From contig DAORIO010000001.1 in NCBI GenBank assembly GCA_035438585.1, positions 1-49,056 of the forward strand: 49,056 nt of DNA, in the 5' to 3' direction. The stretch comes from Minisyncoccota bacterium (GTDB lineage Bacteria > Patescibacteriota > Minisyncoccia > Phycocordibacterales > UBA9973). Positions 1 through 8,193 of this stretch are shown in pieces (position 1 is the stretch's first letter; each line of letters starts with the position of its first letter). The position numbers and the translations under genes are program-made. The notes below the pieces were generated by a model. That model did no database searches. It had not been told where the DNA came from and was given only the letters and a program-made list of their open reading frames with translations.

Positions 1-841
1 CTAGATATTCTTTTATATAAAAAACAAAATGAGGGGCTTTTATTTTTATATTGTCTTGCTCTTTCCAGATTACTTTTTCAGCAAGTGCTGTTAAATATTC
101 TTCTTCTGTTATAAAGCCAAGCTCTTTCATTCTTTTTAAAACAAAATTTTTTCTATTTTCTAGATCTTCTAAATGGCTTCCATAAGGAGAATAGTATGTT
201 GGAGCTTGGGGGATAGCTGCTAAATATGCTGATTCTGCCAGAGTTAAATCAGCTGGTTCTTTTCCAAAAAAAGATTTTGAAGCTTCTTGTATTCCGTATA
301 TATTTCCATAAGGAAGTTCATTAAGATAGGTTTCAAGAATTTGGTCTTTTGTCATCTCTTTTTCTATTTTATACGCAAGCATCCATTCTTTTATTTTTCT
401 GGAAATTTTTTTTTCACTTGTTAGAACACTGTTTTTTATTAGTTGTTGGGTTATTGTAGATCCCCCTTGAGTGCTTCCTCCTGTAATATTGTTAAAAATA
501 GCCTTAAGTGTTCTATCTATTCTAACTCCGTTGTGGTTGTAAAATTCTGAATCCTCTACAGCAACAACTGCGTTTTTAATATTTGTACCCATTTGTGTAA
601 AAGGTATAACTGTTCTTTTAAGTGATTCGTGGATATCAAAAAGAACAATTTCTCCTGTTCTGTCGTATATTTTTGTAGATTTAACAATTTTCCTCTCTTC
701 AAAAGATTTTAAATCTGGTATTTTTATTGTTGCTATTGTTATAAAAATAAAACCAGCAAAAATTAACCCTCCCCCAAGTATAAAAAATATAGTATTTCTA
801 ACCCAGTGCTTTTCTAAATGACGCTTTAAATGGTTTTTCAT
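1..841 (-). CDS. Class A penicillin-binding protein, N-terminal TM anchor plus GT51 transglycosylase domain (partial; the rest lies beyond the window start)
   Basis: Not in the ORF track because it is open at the window edge. Own translation of the minus strand from the ATG (complement of 839-841): MKNHLKRHLEKHWVRNTIFFILGGGLIFAGFIFITIATIKIP... GT51 signatures follow: AVVAVEDSEFYNHNGV, GGSTITQQLIKN, RKIKEWMLAYKIE, LNELPYGN. Confidence 0.8.
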   Translation of the reverse strand, partial: MKNHLKRHLEKHWVRNTIFFILGGGLIFAGFIFITIATIKIPDLKSFEERKIVKSTKIYDRTGEIVLFDIHESLKRTVIPFTQMGTNIKNAVVAVEDSEFYNHNGVRIDRTLKAIFNNITGGSTQGGSTITQQLIKNSVLTSEKKISRKIKEWMLAYKIEKEMTKDQILETYLNELPYGNIYGIQEASKSFFGKEPADLTLAESAYLAAIPQAPTYYSPYGSHLEDLENRKNFVLKRMKELGFITEEEYLTALAEKVIWKEQDNIKIKAPHFVFYIKEYL

Positions 842-905
842 AATGTTTATTAATGATATCACGGACTATTATCAAATTTAACTAAAAAATGATAAAGTAT
901 TACAT

Positions 906-2078
906 ATGTCAGACAACAACTTAGACGAAATATTAACAAGGGGTGTGACAGGGGTAACTGTAAAAGAGAGTCTTTTTAAAAAACTTCAGTCTGGTAAAAA
1001 ATTAAGAATAAAACTCGGTATTGACCCAACAGGGCCATCTATTCACTTAGGTAGAGCAATTCCTCTTAGAAAACTAAGAGATTTCCAAAAAATGGGACAT
1101 AAGGCGGTGTTGGTTGTAGGAGATTTTACCGCCCTTATAGGAGACCCGTCAGATAAGCTAGAAAAGAGGCCAATGCTTACAAAGGAGTCTGTGAAAGAAA
1201 ACATGAAAGCCTATAAAAAAATAATAGGTAAAATTTTAGATATTAAAAAAACAGAATTTGTATATAACTCAAAATGGTTAGCTAAATTAAAATTTGGGGA
1301 AATTGTTGAACTTGCAGAAGCTTTTTCTGTTTCACAAATGATAGAAAGAAGAAATTTTAAAGACAGAATTGAAAAAGGGTTAGAAATTTCACTGCGTGAA
1401 TTTATGTATCCACTCATGCAGGGCTATGATAGCGTTGCTATAAATTCAGACGTAGAGCTTGGTGGATTTGATCAACTTTTTAATTTACACGCCGGACGTA
1501 CAATTCAAAAACATTTTAAAAAGGAAGAGCAGGACATTATGACAACCGAAATGCTTTTAGGAACTGATGGTAGAAAAATGTCTACAAGTTGGGGAAATGT
1601 TATTTTTATAACAGATGAACCAAAAGATATGTTTGGTAAAATTATGAGCATAAGAGACGAAATGATTGTAGATTATTTTAGACTTACGACAGATGAAAAG
1701 TTAGAAGAAATAGAAAATATAAAATCTGCTTTAGAAAAAGGAGCGAACCCAAAAGATTATAAGATTAGGCTTGCATATGAAATTGTAAAACTTTATCACA
1801 CGGATGAAGATGCGAAGGAAGCAAGAGAAAGTTTCACTAGTGTTTTTTCTGGTGGAGGTATTCCAAAAGATGCACCGACGTATAAATTGAGAGAAGGGGA
1901 GACTATTATAGAGAGTCTGTTTAATGCAGGAATAGAATCTAAAACTGAGCTAAAGCGCTTGATTGGAGCGGGTTCAATTAAAAATCTCGATACAGAAGAA
2001 ATGGTAAAAGATTGGAATGAGCCTACTAAAAAGGGAACTTATAAAATAGGAAAACATAGATTTCTTAAGATAATATAA
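906..2078 (+). CDS. tyrS: Tyrosine--tRNA ligase
   Basis: Class I aaRS motifs: GIDPTGPSIHLGRA (HIGH-like), GDFTALIGDPSDK, KMSTS (KMSKS). C-terminal S4-like tail. Extended -10 TGaTAAAGT (890-898) lies 7 nt before the ATG. Confidence 0.9.
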   Translation: MSDNNLDEILTRGVTGVTVKESLFKKLQSGKKLRIKLGIDPTGPSIHLGRAIPLRKLRDFQKMGHKAVLVVGDFTALIGDPSDKLEKRPMLTKESVKENMKAYKKIIGKILDIKKTEFVYNSKWLAKLKFGEIVELAEAFSVSQMIERRNFKDRIEKGLEISLREFMYPLMQGYDSVAINSDVELGGFDQLFNLHAGRTIQKHFKKEEQDIMTTEMLLGTDGRKMSTSWGNVIFITDEPKDMFGKIMSIRDEMIVDYFRLTTDEKLEEIENIKSALEKGANPKDYKIRLAYEIVKLYHTDEDAKEARESFTSVFSGGGIPKDAPTYKLREGETIIESLFNAGIESKTELKRLIGAGSIKNLDTEEMVKDWNEPTKKGTYKIGKHRFLKII

Positions 2079-2106
2079 AAAAAAACCAGCATTGCTGGTT
2101 TTTTGT
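2079..2106. terminator. Bidirectional rho-independent terminator between convergent genes
   Basis: A-run, stem AACCAGC/GCTGGTT (2084-2100), T-run 2101-2105. Confidence 0.75.
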
Positions 2107-2144
2107 TTATCTAAAATCTATATTCTAATTATCTAAATTCTAGC

Positions 2145-2390
2145 CTAGCTTTCTTCTTCTTCGTTTTCAAAATCAAAATCTTTGCCACCAAAATCGCCAA
2201 CAGATTCTTCTGATTCTTCCAAGAGTGGGTCATCTTCAATCCCTGCTTCTACTGCCAAAACCTCATCTAGCGCCCCTTCTGTTTCTTCCTCTTCTTCGTC
2301 GTCATCATCGCTTACAATATGAAAACCAGAAGGTATAACTTCCTCTATATCTTTTTCGAAAAACTCATCTTCTTGATCTGCTCGTGCCAT
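2145..2390 (-). CDS. Hyper-acidic small protein (81 aa), function unknown
   Basis: ORF track. Long D/E runs (DDDDEEEEETEG, ENEEEES). Terminator directly downstream. Confidence 0.5.
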   Translation of the reverse strand: MARADQEDEFFEKDIEEVIPSGFHIVSDDDDEEEEETEGALDEVLAVEAGIEDDPLLEESEESVGDFGGKDFDFENEEEES

Positions 2391-2480
2391 ATTTTTTAAA
2401 AATAAATTTATTTGCTATTAAGATAATAGTTTTATACAAAATAAATAAAAAAGATGCAACTTTTTTAACAAGGGGAAAAA

Positions 2481-2972
2481 CTAAATTTTTTTAAATCCAC
2501 CAGCAACGGCGATGGCGATAGCGTCTATTTCGTCGTCTAGTATTTTTTTATCAGGCAAAATAAATATTTTAGAAACCATTTTATAAATTGCTTCTTTTGA
2601 AGCGTGTCCGTACCCTGTAATAGAGAGTTTTATTTCTGGTGGAGTCATTTCGACAATTTCTATATTATTTTTCCTAGCTAAATATTTTATAACTCCACGT
2701 ACTTCAGACACCGCCATCGCTGTTTTTTGGTTTTTTACGATAAAAAGATTTTCAATAGAAATTAATTCTGGTTTAAATTTTTCGATTATTTTTTCAAGAC
2801 CCGTTGCAATACTAAAAAGTCTGTCAGAAAATTCTTCTTTTTTGTCACTTCGAAGACAATCTGAAAAAAGTAGCCTTGGTTTGTTTGCGTTTTCGATTAC
2901 AGCTACGCCGAGTCTTTCATAACCAGGATCAATCCCTAGAATAATTTTAGGAGAATGTTTAGATATTTTCAT
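2481..2972 (-). CDS. ruvC: Crossover junction endodeoxyribonuclease RuvC
   Basis: N-terminus ILGIDPGYERLGVAVIE and C-terminal DDEIDAIAIAV are typical of RuvC. Overlaps ruvB by 14 nt. Confidence 0.85.
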   Translation of the reverse strand: MKISKHSPKIILGIDPGYERLGVAVIENANKPRLLFSDCLRSDKKEEFSDRLFSIATGLEKIIEKFKPELISIENLFIVKNQKTAMAVSEVRGVIKYLARKNNIEIVEMTPPEIKLSITGYGHASKEAIYKMVSKIFILPDKKILDDEIDAIAIAVAGGFKKI

Positions 2973-3954
2973 CTTCTAGATATTTTTTTCCACTGGCGGT
3001 TATTGTTCTGCCTCGAGGGGTTCTTTCAATAAAACCAATTTGCATTAAGTACGGTTCCACAACGTCTTCAAGAGTTTCGTCTTCTTCTTGCAGAGAGGCT
3101 GAAAGAGTTTTTAATCCGACAGGGCCACCATTAAATTTATTTTGAAGAGTTTTTAAAAATTCTCTTTCAGTTTTTCCAAGCCCACGATTGTCTATTCCCA
3201 AGAGACGCATTGCGTCATCAATAGTACCTTTGTCCATCTTGGTTTTTTTTACTTGAGCAAAGTCGCGAACTCTTTTTAGTAGATGGTTTGCTATACGTGG
3301 AGTAAAACGACTTCTTTTGGCGATTTCTTCAATTTCTTCGTTTTTTATTTCCACCCCGAGAAGTTGGCTTGAGCGATTTAATATTTTTTTTATTTCTTGA
3401 TTTGTATAAAAATCTAGCCTAAAAACTCCACCTGAAAATCTTGATCGAAGAGGGGATGACAAAAGGGCGACTCTTGTTGTTGCTGCAATCAAAGTGAAGC
3501 TTGGTAGTTCGAGTTGAATTGTTCTAGCAGACGCGCCTTTTCCTATTACAATGTCAAGACTGCCGGCTTCCATGGCAGGGTAGAGAACTTCTTCTATTTG
3601 TTTATTTAAACGATGTATTTCATCTATAAAGAAAATATCTCCTTCAGATAGATTTGTAAGAATTGCGGCCAAGTCTCCAACTTTTAATAGTGCAGCCCCA
3701 GAAGTTATTTTTATATTTCTTCCTGTTTCTTTTGCAATAACATGAGCAAGAGTTGTTTTTCCAAGTCCAGGAGGTCCATAAAATAAAATATGCTCAGGTG
3801 TGTGGCCGCGCTCAGTCGCCGCTTGTATTAAAATTTTTACATTTTCTTTTATTAGGTCTTGCCCAACATACTCCTCCCAGTTGTGCGGGCGGAGAGTCTT
3901 GTCCAAAACCTCATCGTCATTTAGTTTTTTATAGTTTTCTTCAGCGCTTGACAT
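2959..3954 (-). CDS. ruvB: Holliday junction branch migration ATPase RuvB
   Basis: LRPHNWEEYVGQ, Walker A GPPGLGKTT, Walker B FIDEIHRL, and a C-terminal winged helix (PYLMQIGFIERTPRGR). Confidence 0.95.
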   Translation of the reverse strand: MSSAEENYKKLNDDEVLDKTLRPHNWEEYVGQDLIKENVKILIQAATERGHTPEHILFYGPPGLGKTTLAHVIAKETGRNIKITSGAALLKVGDLAAILTNLSEGDIFFIDEIHRLNKQIEEVLYPAMEAGSLDIVIGKGASARTIQLELPSFTLIAATTRVALLSSPLRSRFSGGVFRLDFYTNQEIKKILNRSSQLLGVEIKNEEIEEIAKRSRFTPRIANHLLKRVRDFAQVKKTKMDKGTIDDAMRLLGIDNRGLGKTEREFLKTLQNKFNGGPVGLKTLSASLQEEDETLEDVVEPYLMQIGFIERTPRGRTITASGKKYLEDENI

Positions 3955-4118
3955 AAAAATTTTTATATGCTAGAATCCTGTCAGAATTTAAATTTATCTA
4001 ATTTAAGGTCAAAAATAATAATTTTTTAAGTAATACACACCTTGTTAACAGGGTTGTCTACATATTTTTAAAAATATTACTTGACCTCATCTTATAATAG
4101 CAGAAAGAGATTAAAAAG

Positions 4119-4271
4119 GCTTAAATCTCTAAGCAATCGGGCACTTGTCAATAGGTTTTTTGGAAAGGACGTTCTGGTTTCACTTCGGTGGGCCACTGGG
4201 GCTATCCTTACCGTCGACCTTACTTCTGTCGGAAGCGATGGAAGGATTGTTTAGAGGTTTAAGCTTTTTTT
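4119..4271 (+). ncRNA. Structured small RNA candidate of unknown class, closed by a 20-bp terminal helix and ending in a T-run
   Basis: GCTTAAATCTCTAAGCAATC (4119-4138) pairs with GATTGTTTAGAGGTTTAAGC (4245-4264). The two G-U pairs are valid only on the + strand. Internal C(UUCG)G-capped hairpin at 4176-4194. T7 run at 4265-4271. TATAAT at 4093-4098 upstream. No ORF. Confidence 0.45.
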
Positions 4272-4276
4272 GTTTA

Positions 4277-4300
4277 GTATTTTAGTAATTAGTATATTAG
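4277..4300. repeat. AT-rich TAGTA-type repeat, left arm of an inverted pair
   Basis: GTATTTTAG + TAATTAGTATATTAG. The reverse complement recurs at 4607-4638. Confidence 0.7.
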
Positions 4301-4311
4301 TATTTAGAATT

Positions 4312-4347
4312 AAAAACACATCTAAGCTATGACGCAGGTGTGTTTTT
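4312..4347. terminator. 12-bp hairpin flanked by A-run and T-run (bidirectional terminator-like)
   Basis: AAAAACACATCT (4312-4323) pairs with AGGTGTGTTTTT (4336-4347). The loop is 12 nt. Confidence 0.5.
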
Positions 4348-4420
4348 AATTTACTTTCAAGATTAAAACTTTATAAGGCGAATTGATGATAGTGATGTAT
4401 TGATGTAAATTCATTCTAAA

Positions 4421-4522
4421 TCAAAAGTGTTCTAACTTAATAATTAAAAAAGTGAAAGTTAACAAAAAGAACGTACTTCCCCCTATTAGTATATGTTGTA
4501 GTGTCATTTCTGCGCTCGACAT
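4421..4522 (-). CDS. Possible 33-aa hydrophobic peptide (speculative)
   Basis: Own translation: MSSAEMTLQHILIGGSTFFLLTFTFLIIKLEHF. AAGGA lies 7 nt upstream of the ATG. The ORF sits between two terminator hairpins in an otherwise non-coding island. Below the ORF-track size cut-off. Confidence 0.2.
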   Translation of the reverse strand: MSSAEMTLQHILIGGSTFFLLTFTFLIIKLEHF

Positions 4523-4572
4523 ACTTAAGTCCTTTATGTTTGTGGAATTGGTGTCGTGTAAGGCTTAAATTT

Positions 4573-4600
4573 AAAAACCGGAGAATATTCTCCGGTTTTT
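4573..4600. terminator. Bidirectional terminator downstream of pilB
   Basis: A5, stem CCGGAGAA/TTCTCCGG (4578-4595), T5. Confidence 0.8.
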
Positions 4601-4606
4601 CTTTAT

Positions 4607-4638
4607 CTAATATACTAATTACTAACTTGCTAAAATAC
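4607..4638. repeat. AT-rich repeat, right (inverted) arm
   Basis: CTAATATACTAATTA (4607-4621) is the exact reverse complement of 4286-4300. CTAAAATAC (4630-4638) is the reverse complement of 4277-4285. The 15-mer ATACTAATTACTAAC (4612-4626) is identical to 11978-11992. Confidence 0.7.
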
Positions 4639-4645
4639 TCAACTT

Positions 4646-6343
4646 TTATTCTTCCTCTAGATCCACAACGCTTTTTACTTCTTCAAGTGATGTTGTTCCA
4701 TTTAGTATTTTCAAAACCCCATCTTCTTTCATATCCAAGATTCCTTGTTTTTCGGAAACTTTTTTTATTTCATGTTCAGATGGATTTTGAGGTATAAGCG
4801 CCTCCATTGCATCGTCTGTTAGTATGGCTTCAAATATTCCAATTCGCCCCCTGTATCCAGTTTTATTACATTTATCACATCCAACTGGTGCATAAATTTC
4901 ATAAGGAGGTTGCGTGTTTATTCCATATTCTGTCATGTCTTTTCCTTCGGCCTTGGCGTCATCAATAATTTTTTTCAAAAGAGTTTCTTCTTCGGGTGTG
5001 GCTCCAACTTTTTTTCGGCACTCTGTACACAACTTTCTAACTAGTCTTTGGGCGATAGACATTTTCAAAGCAGAAACTAAAATTTTTGGATTTACCTCAA
5101 GGTCTATTAGGCGGGGAACAACACCTCCGGCATTGTTTGTGTGTAGTGTTGAGAAGACAAGGTGTCCAGTAAGGGCTGATTCAACGGCTGTTTTTGCTGT
5201 GTCTGGGTCTCGTATTTCACCAACCATTATTACGTCAGGGTCCTGTCTAAGAGCACTTTTTAGTCCTTCAAAAAAAGTATAACCCTTGTCTGGTTCGACT
5301 TGAGTCTGACTTAGTCCAGGCAAATGATATTCAACAGGATCTTCAATTGTGATTATTTTTATTTCCGGAGAATAAATTTTTTGCATGAAAGCATAAAGTG
5401 TTGTTGTTTTACCAGAACCCGTTGGTCCAGTAATCAAAATCAAACCATTCGGTTTTTGAATTTCTAGCAACGTTTGTTTGTAGAGTTTTTCTGTCATTCC
5501 AAGTTCTTCAACTTGAACACGAATTGATTTTGGGTTTAGTATTCGCATTACGATTGATTCACCGTACGCTCCAGGCATTGCAGAAACACGAAGAGAAATT
5601 TCATCTTTGTCTAGCCAAATAGAAAATCTTCCATCTTGAGAAGATTGAGTCGTTGTAAGCTTCATTCCTGCTAAAAGTTTTATGCGAGAATTTAAAAATT
5701 TAAATGTCGGGTAATCTATTCTAAGAATTTCTTGGAGTATTCCGTCTATTCTCATTCGAAAACGAACATTAGTTTCTTCTGGTTCTAAATGTATATCAGA
5801 GGCACCGATACCAATAGATCCACCAATCATAATCTCAAGCATTCGAGACACTTTGTGAGTGTTGTCGTTTTGTTTTACTTCTTCAATTGCTTTCAAAACA
5901 TCCTCAACTGATTTTATTTCATCTGCTAGTTTTTTTAGGCTCTCTTCTGAGACATCAAGACTTCCTGATTTTACTTTTGCTGCATAAGAAATTTCTTCAT
6001 AGCGCGCCCAGGCTTTTTCAAGTGACGCGCGCGATGCCATAAACCATTTAATAACATAACCCTTTTTTTCTATTTCTTCTTCAAAAATTCTTATGTCATC
6101 TCTTGCTGGGGCACGAACGGCAATAGAAACAATCTTTCCAGAAAGGTTAAACGGGGCAACTTCGAGCTCTCGAGCCCTTTTTTCATCAATTAGCTTTAGG
6201 GCTTCATTTTCAATACCAACACCTGTGAGGTTTATCGAGGGAATTTCATACTTGTCTCTGGCCAGTGTCTCCACAAGCTCCTCTTCTTCTTTGAGGTGTA
6301 GGTCGTCAACGAACTTTTTGTTCTTTTCGTCTGTGTCGCTCAT
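4646..6343 (-). CDS. pilB: Type IV pilus assembly / type II secretion ATPase (PilB/GspE family)
   Basis: Walker A GPTGSGKTT, GEIRD, His box TGHLVFSTLHTN, tetracysteine CTEC...CDKC, and an N-terminal GSPII_E_N-like domain. Extended -10 TGcTATAAT lies 6 nt before the ATG. Confidence 0.9.
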   Translation of the reverse strand: MSDTDEKNKKFVDDLHLKEEEELVETLARDKYEIPSINLTGVGIENEALKLIDEKRARELEVAPFNLSGKIVSIAVRAPARDDIRIFEEEIEKKGYVIKWFMASRASLEKAWARYEEISYAAKVKSGSLDVSEESLKKLADEIKSVEDVLKAIEEVKQNDNTHKVSRMLEIMIGGSIGIGASDIHLEPEETNVRFRMRIDGILQEILRIDYPTFKFLNSRIKLLAGMKLTTTQSSQDGRFSIWLDKDEISLRVSAMPGAYGESIVMRILNPKSIRVQVEELGMTEKLYKQTLLEIQKPNGLILITGPTGSGKTTTLYAFMQKIYSPEIKIITIEDPVEYHLPGLSQTQVEPDKGYTFFEGLKSALRQDPDVIMVGEIRDPDTAKTAVESALTGHLVFSTLHTNNAGGVVPRLIDLEVNPKILVSALKMSIAQRLVRKLCTECRKKVGATPEEETLLKKIIDDAKAEGKDMTEYGINTQPPYEIYAPVGCDKCNKTGYRGRIGIFEAILTDDAMEALIPQNPSEHEIKKVSEKQGILDMKEDGVLKILNGTTSLEEVKSVVDLEEE

Positions 6344-6401
6344 ATGATTATTATAGCAATTTAACCTTTAAAAATAAGGGTAAAAAGGGGGAGAAAGGCT
6401 A

Positions 6402-6430
6402 TTGACAATAGGTTGTTTTTGTGATAAACT
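6402..6430 (+). promoter_or_regulatory. Sigma70-type promoter TTGACA-N17-TAAACT
   Basis: TTGACA 6402-6407, 17-nt spacer, TAAACT 6425-6430. Lies 28 nt before the ATG at 6458. Confidence 0.6.
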
Positions 6431-6457
6431 AATACCAAACTAAAAAAACTTCAGACT

Positions 6458-8071
6458 ATGAAAAAAATGATCTTTGTAATATTAATGTGTGTTGCCAAAA
6501 TGGCAACTGCTCAAGAAATTAGCCCGCTTGTCCCGTATAAAACGGGAAAAGCTAACCACTCGATAATCGAGATGGAGCAAAAGCTAAGAGACAACCCTTC
6601 AATTGTAAAAAATTGGGGATCTGTAATAGAACGCGCAGCTTGGAGAGATGGATGGGCTCATGAAGTGAGTCCTGAATTTTTTCAAGAAAAAAAGTATATC
6701 TTGTTTTGTTTAAGAAAAAGTTATCAGGTTAAAAAGAATTTCAAAAAAGGTGATTTTGCCACTTTTGGAACTAAATCTGACGGAGAACTTGCTTCAACAG
6801 AAAGAGACCCTTATTCAGGTGAACTTTTTTTAGAACTGGATCCTAACGATTTAGAAACTGAAAGCTTTCGCCTTTCCCAAGACTATCCTCCGTTTGTTTA
6901 CGCAAGCTCTGTTTGTATGAACGGCGTGGATGTTTATGCAAGGCAGGTTAGTTCTGATGTATCCCCGACGCCGAGGTTGAATCGCAACAACGACGGGTAT
7001 ACACAAGCTTCACCAAGTGAAGGAAATGTGAGATACGCAGAGCCTGAATTTAGGCAAACAGAACCGAGTACTGGAAATACCTATATTACCAATAATTATT
7101 TTCCCGATGAGGGAGAAATTAATTATGAGCAAGATGAGTACGGCGAGTATCAAGACTCAAGGTTGAGTTTTTGGTTTGCGTTGAATATATCTGCTGGTCC
7201 AATATATGTAAATCCGTATTCTAATTATGCCTATGTTGGTAATCAGCCTGGTTGTAACAATGGTAACTATTCACAGCCTTATGTTTGTATTGGCCATCAG
7301 GGTAACAACGGTGTTCCTAGTATTAGTAATGTAAGTTATTTTAACCAAACGGTTAATAATATTTATAACTATAACTATAATTACAATTACAACAGTACTA
7401 CCATTGTAACTAACCCACCGCCAGTTCCACCGGTTGTCGGTAACCCTATTGATCCGTCTACTGGAGATGTTGCCTATGATCCCATAGAACCCTCAAATAG
7501 AACTCATGCCGGTTTTGCAAAAAACAAAGGAATTGCACCTATTAAAGGTATTAAGCAAGTTCCAGCAAATCAAAATGATGGACTTGCAAGTAATTCTATT
7601 CCTCGCCCTATGAAGCCAGGTGCAACAGTTGACTCTCGTCCAAAGACGAACTTGGATCAGGGTACATCAGTTGCTGGCGCTAGACCTGGTTCTAGGCCAA
7701 ACCCAAGTGCTGGTTCGGTAAAGCCTGAATCTCGACCTAGTCAAAAATCTCCAAATTATTTTATGCGAGACCCGCGACAAGATCAGCCTCAGGCTAGCCA
7801 AACTCCACAATCTAGGCCGACGACAAAGCAAAACCAAACTCAAACGAACGGTTATTCGCAAAGTCGACCACAAGAAAGGAGTAATTACAATCAAAATCCT
7901 CGTGGTTCGAATCCTCAACAGGCAAGAACTTCACAGCCGTCTTCAAGGCCAAGTTATGGCAACAGTAGTCCCGCAAGACAAACTGCCTATAATGCTCCTT
8001 CAAGAGGAAGTGCTCCAAGTGGAGGACGCGGAAACTCTGGCGGAGGAAATTCTGGTGGACGTAGTAGGTAA
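6458..8071 (+). CDS. Secreted low-complexity protein (537 aa): N/Y-rich centre and P/S/Q/R/G-rich tail
   Basis: Signal peptide MKKMIFVILMCVAKMATAQE, NIYNYNYNYNYNS run, PPPVPPVV, C-terminal GGRGNSGGGNSGGRSR. Confidence 0.6.
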   Translation: MKKMIFVILMCVAKMATAQEISPLVPYKTGKANHSIIEMEQKLRDNPSIVKNWGSVIERAAWRDGWAHEVSPEFFQEKKYILFCLRKSYQVKKNFKKGDFATFGTKSDGELASTERDPYSGELFLELDPNDLETESFRLSQDYPPFVYASSVCMNGVDVYARQVSSDVSPTPRLNRNNDGYTQASPSEGNVRYAEPEFRQTEPSTGNTYITNNYFPDEGEINYEQDEYGEYQDSRLSFWFALNISAGPIYVNPYSNYAYVGNQPGCNNGNYSQPYVCIGHQGNNGVPSISNVSYFNQTVNNIYNYNYNYNYNSTTIVTNPPPVPPVVGNPIDPSTGDVAYDPIEPSNRTHAGFAKNKGIAPIKGIKQVPANQNDGLASNSIPRPMKPGATVDSRPKTNLDQGTSVAGARPGSRPNPSAGSVKPESRPSQKSPNYFMRDPRQDQPQASQTPQSRPTTKQNQTQTNGYSQSRPQERSNYNQNPRGSNPQQARTSQPSSRPSYGNSSPARQTAYNAPSRGSAPSGGRGNSGGGNSGGRSR

Positions 8072-8097
8072 CAAATTAATTAACACACATTTTTAGC

Positions 8098-8127
8098 AAA
8101 GCCCTCACTTAGGTGAGGGCTTTTTTT
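8098..8127 (+). terminator. Rho-independent terminator
   Basis: GCCCTCAC (8101-8108) / GTGAGGGC (8113-8120), then T7. Confidence 0.8.
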
Positions 8128-8133
8128 ATTCCC

Positions 8134-8162
8134 TTGACAATAATGCCTATATATGATACTAT
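8134..8162 (+). promoter_or_regulatory. Sigma70-type promoter TTGACA-N17-TACTAT
   Basis: TTGACA 8134-8139, TACTAT 8157-8162. Confidence 0.6.
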
Positions 8163-8193
8163 GTACATGTTAAAAGAATTATTAGATTTATAT

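Noticed and set aside
1211-1417. Numerous 60-130 aa ORFs antisense to or nested within long genes. Examples: 1211-1417, 3753-3956, 4914-5282, 6093-6347, 7667-8096, 9794-9994, 13008-14210, 14422-15145, 16305-16755, 22574-22918, 26205-26804, 27439-27903, 45036-45359, 47002-47274.
   Set aside because: These are shadow ORFs opposite well-supported genes. They have low-complexity or composition-driven translations and no independent signals.
4119-4264. Identification of the structured RNA as SRP RNA, RNase P RNA or tmRNA.
   Set aside because: There is no GGAA-capped helix with the AGCA / GGUCAGG symmetric-loop motifs, no GAGGAAAGUCC and no tRNA-like 3' end. Its class is left open.
4501-4797. GTG-initiated ORF of 98 aa on the + strand.
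   Set aside because: It crosses the bidirectional terminator at 4573-4600 and then runs antisense to the 3' end of pilB.
8113-8193. N-terminal extension of the surface-protein ORF (GTG at 8113).
   Set aside because: The GTG is the right arm of the upstream terminator stem, and the extension contains the TTGACA-N17-TACTAT promoter. The ATG at 8194 gives a clean signal peptide.
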